Shown one piece after another: positions 43,230 through 53,257 of a DNA stretch of 61,178 nt. Origin of the DNA: Acidimicrobiales bacterium. GTDB lineage: Bacteria > Actinomycetota > Acidimicrobiia > Acidimicrobiales > SZUA-35. The stretch spans positions 1 through 61,178 of the forward strand of contig JBBQUN010000002.1 in assembly GCA_038212405.1 (NCBI GenBank), read 5' to 3'. Under the pieces are notes generated by a model. That model did no database searches. It was not told the DNA's origin and worked only from the letters and a program-made list of their open reading frames with translations. Numbering within the stretch: position 1 is the first letter of the stretch; every line of letters starts with the position of its first letter. A program made the position numbers and the translations under genes.

Positions 43230-45029
43230 CTAGCTGCTCCGCAGCTTGTCCTTCGAGGCGCTCTTACCTTCGACGGCGGCGTTGCCATTGGAAGGCGCGG
43301 TCGGGCGGAGGTCGATGTCCAGCGGCTGGATGGCAACCAAACCGGGGGTCGCCTTGCTGTCACGGCTCGAGCCCAACAGTCGCCCCTTGCGCTTCTTCGT
43401 GTTCTTGCCGGCACCCTTGCCGCTGTAGTTGGAGTAGCCGGCCTCGGGCTTGGTGCCAACAAGTACGATTCCCAACACGTTGCCGCCTGCTTGGCGCAGG
43501 CTGTTGATCGCTCGGGTGAGTTCGTCGACCGTCGTGCCGCCGGCGAGCGCGGTCACGATGGTGGCGTCGCTGCGGCGGCTGAGCGCCATGGCATCCGACA
43601 CCGGCAACACCGGCGGAGCATCGAGAATGAGAAGATCGCTGGCTTCGTTCGCCATGACGAGCGCCGTGCTGAACCCATCGGAGACCACGAAGTCGGCTGG
43701 GCTCGGCGGCAAGGGTCCTGCCGGGATCACCCGGATCGTGGCCACCGGACTGGCAACGTCACATGCCAGTTCCCGCACTGGCGTGCTATCGAGCGCAGCG
43801 TTGGTGATGCCGCACTCAGTGCTGAGCCCAAAGACTTCGGCCAGGCGTGGTCGGTGGAAGTCGACGTCGACGAGGAGCACGTCTCGACCGAGCGCTGCCA
43901 TGGCCCAGGCCAGGTTCGATGCGGTGGTGGTCTTGCCCTCGGCCGGGTTGGCGCTGGTGATCACGATGGACGACACCGCCTCGCCGGCAAAGATGAACTG
44001 CAACGAGGATCGGAGCCGGTGGTAACCGTCGGCGATCTCGCTGGTCTCGGGATTGGCAGCGGCCAGGGCCGGGTCGACCGAGTCCGAGGTTGCGAGCCCA
44101 CGGGGAATGCTGGCCAGTACCGGAACGTCGAAGCTTCGCTCGATGTCTTCACGGGTCTTGATGGTCTGATCGAGGCTCTCTGCCGCCAGCGCCAGCGCCA
44201 CACCGAGAACGGAGCCGGCAACGAGTCCGAGCAGCACGGTGCGCCACAGTGGGGCGTTGCTCGACGACGCGGGAGGGGAGGCCTGCGAAATGACTCGGGC
44301 GGTACCCTCCGAAGCGAGCTGGCCGTCGAGTTGGAGTTTGGTGATGCTGGAGGAGATGGAGGTGATCTCGGCATCGATCAGGGTGAGTTCGGGAGCGATC
44401 GCCGTTTCGGTTCGCCGATACTCACGGTCGAGCTGGGTCTGGCGGGGGCTGCCTTCTTCGGCTGCGGCCAAACGGTCTTCGATGGCGATCAATGGCTCGA
44501 CAACGGCCTCTCGCTCGACTCGCAGCTCGACCAAGCGATTACGGAACTGTTCGATGGCGCTCGTGATCGAGTCTGATGCTCGTTCTTGCTTGATCTCGAC
44601 GTAGGTGGCTGCTGCTGCATTCGCATTGAGCGCAGCACGGTCGGCCTCGCTCGCTGTGCCGGTGAAGCGAAGCACATCGCTGTCGGGGGCGGCAACGACA
44701 CTGAAGCTGACACCGAAGTCGGCCCGCTCGGCGAGTCGGGTGTTGAACTCGTCGGAGGAGGTGAGGGAGATCTCGTTCTCGATGTCTCGGTTCCGCACCT
44801 GAATGTTCTGCGACGCCTGATCGACTGCCTCCTGGGCAGCTGAGTCAGCCAGAAGGACCTCGGCCGTCGCCTGGAACGATGGTGCAGCGCGCAAGGACAT
44901 CGCCGATGCGATGCCACCGAAGACGAGAATCGAAACGAGAACCCAACCCCAGCGTCGTTTCAAGATCGCCAGGTAGTCGCCGAGATCGAGTTCTTCAGGT
45001 GTGATTCTCGCCTTCGTCATGGCTGACAA
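43230..45029 (-). CDS. Polysaccharide co-polymerase / BY-type tyrosine kinase (Wzz domain + CpsD-like ATPase), copy 1
   Basis: 599 aa. Wzz N-terminus LDLGDYLAILKRRWGWVLVSILVFG, a coiled-coil periplasmic region and a second TM. Walker A ITSANPAEGKTTTASNLA and Walker A' LLVDVDFHRP. The C-terminal tail carries GYSNYS. Confidence 0.8.
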   Translation of the reverse strand: MSAMTKARITPEELDLGDYLAILKRRWGWVLVSILVFGGIASAMSLRAAPSFQATAEVLLADSAAQEAVDQASQNIQVRNRDIENEISLTSSDEFNTRLAERADFGVSFSVVAAPDSDVLRFTGTASEADRAALNANAAAATYVEIKQERASDSITSAIEQFRNRLVELRVEREAVVEPLIAIEDRLAAAEEGSPRQTQLDREYRRTETAIAPELTLIDAEITSISSSITKLQLDGQLASEGTARVISQASPPASSSNAPLWRTVLLGLVAGSVLGVALALAAESLDQTIKTREDIERSFDVPVLASIPRGLATSDSVDPALAAANPETSEIADGYHRLRSSLQFIFAGEAVSSIVITSANPAEGKTTTASNLAWAMAALGRDVLLVDVDFHRPRLAEVFGLSTECGITNAALDSTPVRELACDVASPVATIRVIPAGPLPPSPADFVVSDGFSTALVMANEASDLLILDAPPVLPVSDAMALSRRSDATIVTALAGGTTVDELTRAINSLRQAGGNVLGIVLVGTKPEAGYSNYSGKGAGKNTKKRKGRLLGSSRDSKATPGLVAIQPLDIDLRPTAPSNGNAAVEGKSASKDKLRSS

Positions 45030-45093
45030 CGGTAACCTCCCAAGCGGCTGCGCATAGTGGTCAATACACCCAACGGAATGCCCGTATGCGCCT

Positions 45094-45528
45094 ATGGTCG
45101 AGAGTTCTTCTACTCAAGAGATCGACGTGAGCGGACAGTACCGTGGTCGTCACCCGGAGCGACGGATGAAGGCGGAGATGATGAGCAGCAAGCAGCGGCC
45201 CAAGCAGAACGAAGTCATAGACCTCAAAGAAGTCCGAGACCAGGGTCGAGACGTCGATCGGACAAACAAATCAGGGCTGAGCCGCAAGAGCCCTCGCCAC
45301 TCACCGCCGCGACGCTCTGGACAGCACCTGACCATTCTCGTGGGTGAGGAGGCCGTGGAGTTACAGGACCAGGGAGCCGAGCCAATGGAGCTGCGACGCT
45401 CGATGTTCGAATCGGAACAACGGGTCATCAGCGTGAAGACCGTCGACTTCCACTCGGGGCCAGCTGATAGGTCGCTCGGGAAACCCAACGGCACGATTTG
45501 GCAGCGACTGCTGAAGCGTCGCTCGTAG
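45094..45528 (+). CDS. Hypothetical charged protein
   Basis: 144-aa ORF with moderate third-position bias, divergent from BY-kinase 1. No motif recognised. It may be spurious. Confidence 0.25.
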   Translation: MVESSSTQEIDVSGQYRGRHPERRMKAEMMSSKQRPKQNEVIDLKEVRDQGRDVDRTNKSGLSRKSPRHSPPRRSGQHLTILVGEEAVELQDQGAEPMELRRSMFESEQRVISVKTVDFHSGPADRSLGKPNGTIWQRLLKRRS

Positions 45529-45759
45529 CAATCGCATCGTGATGCACGAACGCACGCCCCCTTCCGGCGAGGATCTTGCTAGCACAAGAGCGGCCGAGCC
45601 CGTGACCGCCGACGACGTGCGCAGCGCCCTGTTCACCCAGCGACGACCGCTGATCAAGCCGCTGTTCGAGCCAAACCGGCCCGCCGGCGTTGCCTTCGAG
45701 CACCCACCAAAAGCCCCTGACTCATTCCTCGGACGGCTCATCGCGTTTTTCTCGCGCTG

Positions 45760-46181
45760 AGAGACCACATCGTGCAGATGCACCTCGGCGAATGGGCAGC
45801 CGGCAAGTCCGGACTTGGGGATCGCGGGGCCGATCTCGACGCCGGGCCGGTCCGACTCGATCAGGAACGCGGTTTGGGCCCAGACCCGATGGCCGAGCCG
45901 TTGACCAGCGACGGCATCCACCGCTCGAGTTGCTGCGCCGAACCCGCACTCTCGAGTGCACGCTGCATGGCGAACACCTGCGAAGCAATGGCGAACACGG
46001 TGCCATGCGAATCAGTGCCCAATCCCAACCCCTCGAAGGCCAGGAGCGCCTCGACGATGGATCGGCCCTGGCCGCCGTGGGCCGGATCGACCAACAGCCC
46101 GAGGATGCCGTGCGATGCCGCAAGCGCCCAGGCATCGGCATCGAACGTGACCGTGTCGGCGGGAAGCGCGAAGCAGAGCAT
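45760..46181 (-). pseudogene. Acyl-CoA dehydrogenase remnant (frameshifted and internally deleted)
   Basis: One frame reads DADAWALAASHGILGLLVDPAHGGQGRSIVEALLAFEGLGLG...GSAQQLERWMPSLVNGSAIG, the ACAD N-domain pattern. It then stops, and another frame continues HRVWAQTAFLIESDRPGVEIGPAIPKSGLAGCPFAEVHLHDV, the ACAD middle-domain pattern. The TEPxAGSD block and the C-terminal domain are missing. Confidence 0.5.
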
Positions 46182-46483
46182 CTCCCCGCGCAGCGGGCCT
46201 TGCGTGAGTTGGGCCACGTACACCCGGTCACGATCAGCGCGAGCGGGCGCGACATCGGGTTGATTGCCCGAAGTAACCCGCTCCAAGCGAAGTTCCCGGC
46301 CGCGCTGGATGCCGACACCCGAGGCTGGGACACTGCCCGAGTCGCCAGAACCCCTCAACTGGCAAAACACCGAAACGTAAGGGAAATACATTCCCGCTGC
46401 GCCCCCATTACCAGTCGTTACGCGACACCCCCCAACAAGACTCGGGGTCGAGCCTTGATTCGGGAACTCGCCCGAGCCGAGGC

Positions 46484-49189
46484 TCAGGCCCAGGGCCGCT
46501 GCTCGGTGCCGACCTCTGTCGGTTCTTCGACTGCGGCTGGCGCACGTACGCCCGGGTCGCGACGTAGTGCCACGCAGTACGACTCGAAGATCCGTTGCTC
46601 CACCTGGCCCCAAGAGAAGTGGCGAAGCACACGGTCTCGGGCTCGCGAAGCCTCTACGGCGAGCAGTGCCGGGTCCGACTGACGTTGCATCACGGCACGA
46701 AGCAGCGCCGGGATGTCGGGCACCACGGCGCCCGCCGACTGGTCGCCGATGCCGATGGAATCGATCATGCCGGCCACATCGGTGGCCACGACCGGCGTGC
46801 CGCTGGCGAGCGCCTCCAACGTGACGAGCGACAATCCCTCCCATGCCGAGGGCTGGATGACCAGGTCGGCCGCACGAAGCCAGCGTTCCGGCTCGTCGGT
46901 GGACCCCCGGTACAACACACCCTTTGGTTCCAGTGCTGCAAGTCGATGACGCGACTCGTGGGTCGCGGGACCGACGATCACCAGCTTCCAGGTGGATTCC
47001 GACAGCGGCGAGGCCGCCCATGCGTCGGCCAGCTCGAGCTGTTGTTTCTGCTGCGAGACTCTGCCGAGGCAGAGGACAAACGGCGACGGGACGCCGAGGT
47101 CGTGGAGGTCGTCGTGAGCCCGATCAACATCGGGCCGGAACCGCTCGGTATCGACGGCCGATCCCACCATGTGGAACTCGCCCCTCAGGCCGGCCGCAAT
47201 TGCCTCGCGGCGCTCGCCCTTGGAGAGTACGAGCACGTGTTGATGGCGTCGGATCGCCCAGCGTTCCGACGCCAATGCCAGTATCGACGCCGGCCCGCTG
47301 CGGTTGAACGACCACGCGTGCGGCTGATAGACGGTCTTGGCACTATGGCGCTTGTCGAAGGCAACGGCGAGACCGGCAAAGTACGAATGAGCGTGCACCA
47401 CATCTGGGCCCACCGAATCGATCACCTGCGAAAGATGCCTCGCATAGCGGCGAAGCGACACCGGCGTTCTGCGGTCGAGTGAAGCCGCAATGGTGCTGGC
47501 ACCGGTGGCGAAGTCCAGCGGGCCAGCCACATGCACGTCGAGCCCGGCGCGCATCTGCTCGACAGCGAGATCGGCCACATAGTGTGGAACGCCGCCGTTG
47601 TCCGGCTCGTAAATGTGAAGGACCGTGAGCCGTCCCGGATTGGTTCGCAGATCGATGGTCACGTTCGATGATTCGGTTATGCGACCTCCGCGGCCGTTCG
47701 ACTTGCCAAGTTGTTCCTTCACGAGGTCGTGCGATTCGGTGGCATGTCGCTGACGGACGAGGGCCCACGCTGTTTTCAGCATGATTTGGAGGTCTCCGGA
47801 CAAGGTCCACTGATCGATGTACAAGTTGTCGTACTTGACGCGTTCCTCGATCGAGGTGTCACCGCGTAGTCCAACGACCTGAGCGAGCCCGGTCAGCCCA
47901 ACCGGCATGCGATGACGATCGGCGTAGCCGGGAAGCTCCTGTGCGAATTTCTTCGCGAACTCGAGCCGTTCGGGTCGAGGACCAACCAGCGACATGTCGC
48001 CGACGAGCACATTGAACAACTGCGGCAGTTCGTCGATCGCCGTTGCCCGCATCAGTCGACCGATCGGTGTGACCCGAGACGGGTCTGTCCAGCCCTGATG
48101 TTCGATGTCCGACACCGTCATGGAACGGAACTTGTTGATGACGATCGTTTGTCCGTTCCTGCCCAAGCGCTCCTGGCGGAAGAGGATCGGGCCCCGAGTC
48201 GTGAGCTTCACTGCAAGTGCGGTCCCCACCAGCGCCGGCAGCAGAAGCACAATGGCGATGAATGACGCCACCACGTCGATCACTCGCTTGAGGACCAAGG
48301 TGATCTTGGGGTGCGCCGACGGCTGAAGTCGCACCAGGGGAAAGCCGCGAATCCGATCGGGCGACATCGAATCGAGACCCAGGCCGAGTTCGTAGAACCG
48401 CGGCACGACAAAAACGGGCAGACCGACACCATTGGCCCAGCGCAGAGCATCGACCAGTTCGGGTATCGGACGTTCGAACGGCGTTACCACCAATCGATCG
48501 GCGCCCGAGGACGCCACGGCTGCGGCGAGGTCGTCGAGGCCCTCGAAGATCGGCCACGCCGCGGAATCTCTAGAGAAGTCACCGGATGACGCGCCGGACC
48601 CTGGCGAAGTGGACGAGACAAAGCCGACGATGTCGACGCCGTAATTCGGTCGGACGGCCAACTCCAACGCGAATTCTTCGGCCAACCGGCCGGTTCCGAG
48701 CACGAGGGCCTTCGACCGGAGCCTACCCCTCAACCAGATCGAGCGGAGCACGGCTCCACTCACCATGAGCGCCAACACTGCAGCCCCGCACTGGACGAAT
48801 GCCAGGGCCACGATCGAACCCAATTCCGGCGTCTGCGCATTCACCACGGTGGCCGCTATGACGCCTCCGGCGATACCGAAGGCGGTGGCCACCGCAATCG
48901 ATGTCAGATGCGACGTGACATCGGGCACCATCCGAGTCCGCAGGACCCCTCTGGCACCCATCGACAACAGTGAGAAAAGGCCACAAGTGACTCCGAAAGC
49001 GGGACGATTCGTCCAGATGCCCCAACCGATCGAGGCGATCAGGAGACAGAGCAGCATCGCCGTCGCGTGAATGAAGCTCCCGGCCCATGCCTTACTGGAA
49101 GTCCGGAAAGACGATACCGCAACTCGGAAAATGGATTCACCGCTCAATTCGTCTCGCGCCAATGACGAGGGGCTCGTCTTCTTTGTCAC
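46484..49189 (-). CDS. Fusion protein: WbaP-type polyprenyl-phosphate glycosylphosphotransferase (N) + GT4 glycosyltransferase (C)
   Basis: One uninterrupted frame; the maximal ORF reaches 49381, and I prefer GTG 49189, 5 nt after GGAGGAA. The N-terminal part has TM helices and LVLGTGRLAEEF, then the PGT motifs KRVIDVVASFIAIVLLLP, PILFRQERLG, INKFRSM, IDELPQLFNVLVGDMSLVGPRP and PVGLTGLAQV. After a linker of about 40 aa comes a full GT4 with VLHIYEPDNGGVPHYVADLA, VVHAHSYFAG, VIQPSAWEGLSLVTLEALASGTPVVATDV. Confidence 0.8.
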   Translation of the reverse strand: MTKKTSPSSLARDELSGESIFRVAVSSFRTSSKAWAGSFIHATAMLLCLLIASIGWGIWTNRPAFGVTCGLFSLLSMGARGVLRTRMVPDVTSHLTSIAVATAFGIAGGVIAATVVNAQTPELGSIVALAFVQCGAAVLALMVSGAVLRSIWLRGRLRSKALVLGTGRLAEEFALELAVRPNYGVDIVGFVSSTSPGSGASSGDFSRDSAAWPIFEGLDDLAAAVASSGADRLVVTPFERPIPELVDALRWANGVGLPVFVVPRFYELGLGLDSMSPDRIRGFPLVRLQPSAHPKITLVLKRVIDVVASFIAIVLLLPALVGTALAVKLTTRGPILFRQERLGRNGQTIVINKFRSMTVSDIEHQGWTDPSRVTPIGRLMRATAIDELPQLFNVLVGDMSLVGPRPERLEFAKKFAQELPGYADRHRMPVGLTGLAQVVGLRGDTSIEERVKYDNLYIDQWTLSGDLQIMLKTAWALVRQRHATESHDLVKEQLGKSNGRGGRITESSNVTIDLRTNPGRLTVLHIYEPDNGGVPHYVADLAVEQMRAGLDVHVAGPLDFATGASTIAASLDRRTPVSLRRYARHLSQVIDSVGPDVVHAHSYFAGLAVAFDKRHSAKTVYQPHAWSFNRSGPASILALASERWAIRRHQHVLVLSKGERREAIAAGLRGEFHMVGSAVDTERFRPDVDRAHDDLHDLGVPSPFVLCLGRVSQQKQQLELADAWAASPLSESTWKLVIVGPATHESRHRLAALEPKGVLYRGSTDEPERWLRAADLVIQPSAWEGLSLVTLEALASGTPVVATDVAGMIDSIGIGDQSAGAVVPDIPALLRAVMQRQSDPALLAVEASRARDRVLRHFSWGQVEQRIFESYCVALRRDPGVRAPAAVEEPTEVGTEQRPWA

Positions 49190-49612
49190 AGTTTCCTCCA
49201 CTGCTGGATGCTTACCCACGCCTAGTCCCAGCCTGGACGAGTACACCACAGTTGGGCGACTTCGTCGATGAGCGCATGTGCCCTCGAGCGCGTCTGCCGC
49301 ACCGTGGCGAGATCTGGTCGCGTTCAAAGGGTGGTCGCTCCACCATTTCCAGTTGATCCAAACCAACGTCTCGAGATTCATCCCACCGTTGACTACGCGG
49401 TAGTCGGGAACTCATTTCTCAATTCAAATCGACATGTTCGTTGGGTGAAGCGGCCCTGGTGCTCCCACGATCGTGAGCTATCCTTGGCTGCTTATGTCAT
49501 CATCGTGCAAGCCTGTCGCCCTGAGGCCTCATGGGATTAGTGGAGCGGCGGGAAGCGTCGGCCGAGACGGCCGATCCATTCCCTGGCGCTTCCATGCGAA
49601 GGGTTCGGCGTC

Positions 49613-51025
49613 GTGATCGGGCCACTGGTGGCGGTTTGCCTCGTCGCCATCATGGTTTTCGGGGCGTTCAAACTGCCCCTTTCGCGGACCAATCCCATCA
49701 CCGTTCTCTTCCTGTCTTTCGGTGCCTTCTACGGCATGCGCCTGATGCTCATCGGCTTCTCGCTCGACGACCCCTTTCCCGAGAGCCAGTTTGCCGATCG
49801 CGACGTCGACGACATGCTGGCCCGCACCGGGATAGTTTTGGTGATTTTCATCGCGGCTATCTTCGTGGGTCTCGCGGTTTCACCAAGGAACTCCGGCGAG
49901 CAGCGCGACAAGAAAGGCTGGGTTTTCCTCGATCGCGAGCCGAATCCCAAGTTTCACCTCCTAGTGCTCTTGGCGATCACCGCCGTGGCATCGCTCGTGT
50001 CGTTTGCTCTCCTCGTGCGCTTCGGTGGGCCCTCGGCCATGATCCAGTCGGCGAAAGTCGACAAGCAACTGGCCGGGCTGTTCCCGCTGCGCGTCCCGGC
50101 AACGCTGGGTACGGCACTCGCCAGTGCCCTTGTGATCGATGCCGTAAGGCGGAAGAACTGGTTTCTCCTCTCTATGGCGGTTACGTCTACCGTCCTGAAC
50201 GGGTTGTCCGTCATGCTGTGGGGCGCGCGTTCCGCCATAGTCACCGGTCTGGCCATCGTTGTCATCGGCCTGATGTTCCCGCCCGGTTCACAGCAGAAGA
50301 AGACCAACAGCCGTGTGCTCCTCAAGTTCGCCGCCGTGGGCCTGCTCGTGGTCAGCGCGGCGTTTGGCCTTCGAGCTGTGAGAGAACTCTCCTTGAACGG
50401 CCAACTGCTGTTTCAGGAAGAAAGCCTCTACCGCCGGGTCTCACTGGCCACCAACTCGATCTATCTCGATGCGAGCCTGCTCGTCGTCGACGATTTCGAC
50501 GAGGTCTACGAGTTCCGCGATGGAGAGGACTTCTTGAACGGCGTCTTCGGCATGGTGCCCAGAGCCGTCTGGTCGGGCAAACCCACCTCGATCGTACCGG
50601 GCGTCTGGATCCGGCAGAACTATGAACCCGATGCGCGCAACGGCTGGCCGGTGGGCGCTCCGATCATGTGGTACGTCAACTTCGGCCTGGCTGGGGTGGC
50701 GATTGGGGGCGTGATCACCGGCATGGTGTTCCGCTGGATCGGGCTCCAGTACGAACGCGCCGCGCCCTCCGGTCTGAACATCTCGCTTTCGGTGACACTG
50801 GCCATCGGGGTCTTTCATCTCGGCGTCGAAGCAGAGACACCCTCGCGGATCGTGGTCATCGCACTGCCGTTGTTGCTCACGAGCAAGGTCATCGAACGAC
50901 TGTCTTATCCCTCCGTGCGCGACGCTGACGACGACAAGGCGCCGGTACCTCCGATCGAGCGCTCCGAAGCGGACGTAGGACGAACGGCCCTCGAGTCGTT
51001 GAGCGCGGGTCCGCACGTCATCTAG
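49613..51025 (+). CDS. Wzy-like repeat-unit polymerase, copy 2
   Basis: 470 aa with a GTG start, polytopic membrane protein. It has a large loop containing FRDGEDFLNGVFGMVPRAVWSGKP, reminiscent of oligosaccharide repeat-unit polymerases. Confidence 0.55.
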   Translation: MIGPLVAVCLVAIMVFGAFKLPLSRTNPITVLFLSFGAFYGMRLMLIGFSLDDPFPESQFADRDVDDMLARTGIVLVIFIAAIFVGLAVSPRNSGEQRDKKGWVFLDREPNPKFHLLVLLAITAVASLVSFALLVRFGGPSAMIQSAKVDKQLAGLFPLRVPATLGTALASALVIDAVRRKNWFLLSMAVTSTVLNGLSVMLWGARSAIVTGLAIVVIGLMFPPGSQQKKTNSRVLLKFAAVGLLVVSAAFGLRAVRELSLNGQLLFQEESLYRRVSLATNSIYLDASLLVVDDFDEVYEFRDGEDFLNGVFGMVPRAVWSGKPTSIVPGVWIRQNYEPDARNGWPVGAPIMWYVNFGLAGVAIGGVITGMVFRWIGLQYERAAPSGLNISLSVTLAIGVFHLGVEAETPSRIVVIALPLLLTSKVIERLSYPSVRDADDDKAPVPPIERSEADVGRTALESLSAGPHVI

Positions 51026-51049
51026 TTCGCGGGTCCGCACGTCATCTAG
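51004..51049 (+). repeat. Perfect 22-bp direct repeat (period 24 bp) duplicating the wzy copy 2 stop region
   Basis: cgcgggtccgcacgtcatctag occurs at 51004-51025 and again at 51028-51049. Both copies end in the same in-frame TAG (..AGPHVI* then FAGPHVI*). Confidence 0.9.
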
Positions 51050-51181
51050 GTGCGGATCCGTCGGTCTTCCAGGATCCGGTCGACGGGCCGAAACCGAATA
51101 CCCCTTGCACCAGATTGGACTGGGTGGCGATACCCGTGAGTCCGATCGCCCATAAGATGTGCCCGAGATGCCTATCAGCCC

Positions 51182-53002
51182 GTGACTATCCTTCTAAGGG
51201 TGAACCACGAACCAGACTTGAGCCTTAAACAGTTCCTGGCAGTCCTTCGACGTCGAATGGTGTGGGTCCTGGTGCCCGTTCTCCTCCTGAACTTGCTGGT
51301 GCTCGTTTACGGAGTGACCAAGACCTCGAATTACCGTGCCACCGCCCGAGTCCTGATCGGTAATTCCGCTGCACAGCAAGTTGTGCTCGGCTCCGACCAG
51401 AACGCCTCGCTGGCGGCTCGGCAGATTGCGAACGAAATCACCTACGCCCAGTCTGATGTGGTCGTCGCCGCCGCCAAAGACAGAATTGGCGAGTTGTGGC
51501 CCGTCAGGGTGGTTGCCGGTGCTTCCGGTGACCAGCTTGAGTTCGTTGCCACTGCCGGCAGCCCTGCGGCCGCAGCCGACGTGGCCAATGCCTGGGCCGG
51601 TGCATACGTCGAGGCCAAGCGGGTCGACGCGGCGGTGAGTATCGACGCGGCAGTCGCTGAGCTCACCGGACAACTTCGCGATCTTCGAGTCGAGCGTCAG
51701 GAATTGCGAGCGCCGCTCGACGAGATGCGCGCCGCTGCGGCGACCGAGGTCGATCCCGATAGGCGGTTCCTCGCCGACCAGCAGATCGCTTTGCTGACCG
51801 AGGACCTGGCCGCCGAGTTGAACCTGCTCGACGTTCAGCAAGAGTCCATCGGTGGTGCGGTGGCCGAACTGCAATTGCGAGGGCAATTGGCGACCACCGG
51901 TTCGGCACGCGTCGTCAACGAGGCACTCCCGCCTCTGACCCCCGCCAACGACACGCTAGCACGCGACATCATCCTGGGAATCGTGGCCGGGACGATCCTG
52001 GGCTTGACCCTGGCCTTCACCCGGGACACACTCGATTCCTCGGTGAGCGATCTCGACGAGCTTGCCCGACTGACCGGCGTGCCTGTGCTCGGCACCATTC
52101 CCGTGGTGCCGAAAGCCATGCGTGTGCCTGGCAACGAGTTGGTCACCAAGGACCGTCCGAACACCCCGTATGCCGACGCCTACACCCGTGTCCGGGCCTC
52201 GGTCGACTTCTTCAAGCTGAGTCAGAACCTTCATTCGCTCTTGATCACGAGCCCCAACCAGGGCGATGGCAAAACTGTTGTGGCGACGAACCTCGGCTGG
52301 GCGATGACGGCCCGCAACGACAACGTGATTATCGCTGACTGTGATCTGCGGCGTCCGCGAGTCGGCCGGATATTCGGACTCGAGCATGCCGACGGGATCA
52401 CCGACCACCTGCTCGACAACGTTACCGTCGACGATCTCATCAACCCGGTGTCTATCGACGAACGAACACTCGGGATCATAACGGCCGGTGACATTCCACC
52501 GAATCCTGCTGACCTCATCTTGGCCGACGCCTTCGTCGCCCTCATCGAGAAGCTGCGCACGACGGCCGATCCACTCATCCTCGACGGACCGCCCGTCTTG
52601 GCGGTTAGCGATGCGCTGCAGCTCGGCCGTATGGTCGACGGCGTCATCGTCGTTCTTCGGTGGGGATCGACCTCGCGCCAGGATCTTGTCGCCGCGATGG
52701 ACGAGCTCGCGACGGTTGGGGCCAATGTCATCGGCACCGTCGTCGTCGGGGCACGCGCCCGCGGCGCCAACGACTACTACGAGGCCGATCCGCAGAAGAC
52801 GCGTCGTCGTTCGATTCGTCGATACTCATGGATGGCGAGCGCCCGTCCGTCGGTGACTGCCAAACCATTGGCCGCACCAACGACGACGTTCACACCGTCG
52901 AAGGTTGTGGAGCCGCAGACGACGGCATCTATGGCTGTACCGTCGAAGGTCAAGTCGCCGAAGGGCGAGCCATCGCGCGATCACGACCGTGGCCGAGGCT
53001 AG
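51182..53002 (+). CDS. Polysaccharide co-polymerase / BY-type tyrosine kinase, copy 2
   Basis: 606 aa with a GTG start. Wzz N-terminus LSLKQFLAVLRRRMVWVLVPVLLLN. Walker A ITSPNQGDGKTVVATNLG and Walker A' IIADCDLRRP. The tail carries DYYEAD. Confidence 0.8.
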   Translation: MTILLRVNHEPDLSLKQFLAVLRRRMVWVLVPVLLLNLLVLVYGVTKTSNYRATARVLIGNSAAQQVVLGSDQNASLAARQIANEITYAQSDVVVAAAKDRIGELWPVRVVAGASGDQLEFVATAGSPAAAADVANAWAGAYVEAKRVDAAVSIDAAVAELTGQLRDLRVERQELRAPLDEMRAAAATEVDPDRRFLADQQIALLTEDLAAELNLLDVQQESIGGAVAELQLRGQLATTGSARVVNEALPPLTPANDTLARDIILGIVAGTILGLTLAFTRDTLDSSVSDLDELARLTGVPVLGTIPVVPKAMRVPGNELVTKDRPNTPYADAYTRVRASVDFFKLSQNLHSLLITSPNQGDGKTVVATNLGWAMTARNDNVIIADCDLRRPRVGRIFGLEHADGITDHLLDNVTVDDLINPVSIDERTLGIITAGDIPPNPADLILADAFVALIEKLRTTADPLILDGPPVLAVSDALQLGRMVDGVIVVLRWGSTSRQDLVAAMDELATVGANVIGTVVVGARARGANDYYEADPQKTRRRSIRRYSWMASARPSVTAKPLAAPTTTFTPSKVVEPQTTASMAVPSKVKSPKGEPSRDHDRGRG

Positions 53003-53257
53003 CGTAGCCAGCATCGACCTTTTTTGACCCCTATCCATGAATCGGTGAGCCTCGATCGATGGTCGAACAGAACGATTCGATTACCTCGCCGATCTATCAT
53101 CGCTGCCGCACCCATACCGGCAGCAAACACCGGCGAGGGTTGCAGCCCAGGCGCTCGAACTCCAGCAAACAGTCAAGCACGGTCCGATCCGTCTGGAACC
53201 GCTCGCCGATGTCATATAGGGCCTCGCTATCCAGAGATCCCCGACGGCGAGAAGGGC

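Noticed and set aside
42665-43507. ORFs 42665..43507 (+) and 42679..43197 (-) in the regulator / BY-kinase intergenic region
   Set aside because: They have no recognisable motifs, mixed codon bias and low-complexity translations. The plus-strand ORF overlaps the BY-kinase 3' end. I treat the region as regulatory or non-coding, though a small real gene cannot be excluded.
45539-45760. 73-aa ORF 45539..45760 (+) as a gene
   Set aside because: It has no motif, and it abuts the ACAD remnant on the opposite strand. It could be read-through of decayed sequence, and I have insufficient evidence to call it.
45861-47021. 386-aa ORF 45861..47021 as a genuine gene
   Set aside because: Only its last ~106 codons look like protein (ACAD N-domain). 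The rest overlaps the C-terminal GT4 domain of the PGT-GT4 gene in another frame and translates to Arg/Gly/Pro-rich sequence.
51004-51049. Short perfect direct repeats (22 bp x2 at 51004-51049; 12 bp x2 at 12326-12349) as a CRISPR array or mobile-element ends
   Set aside because: There are only two adjacent copies with 2-nt or no spacers, both inside or at the end of coding sequence. No cas genes are present and there are no further repeats, so these are simple tandem duplications.
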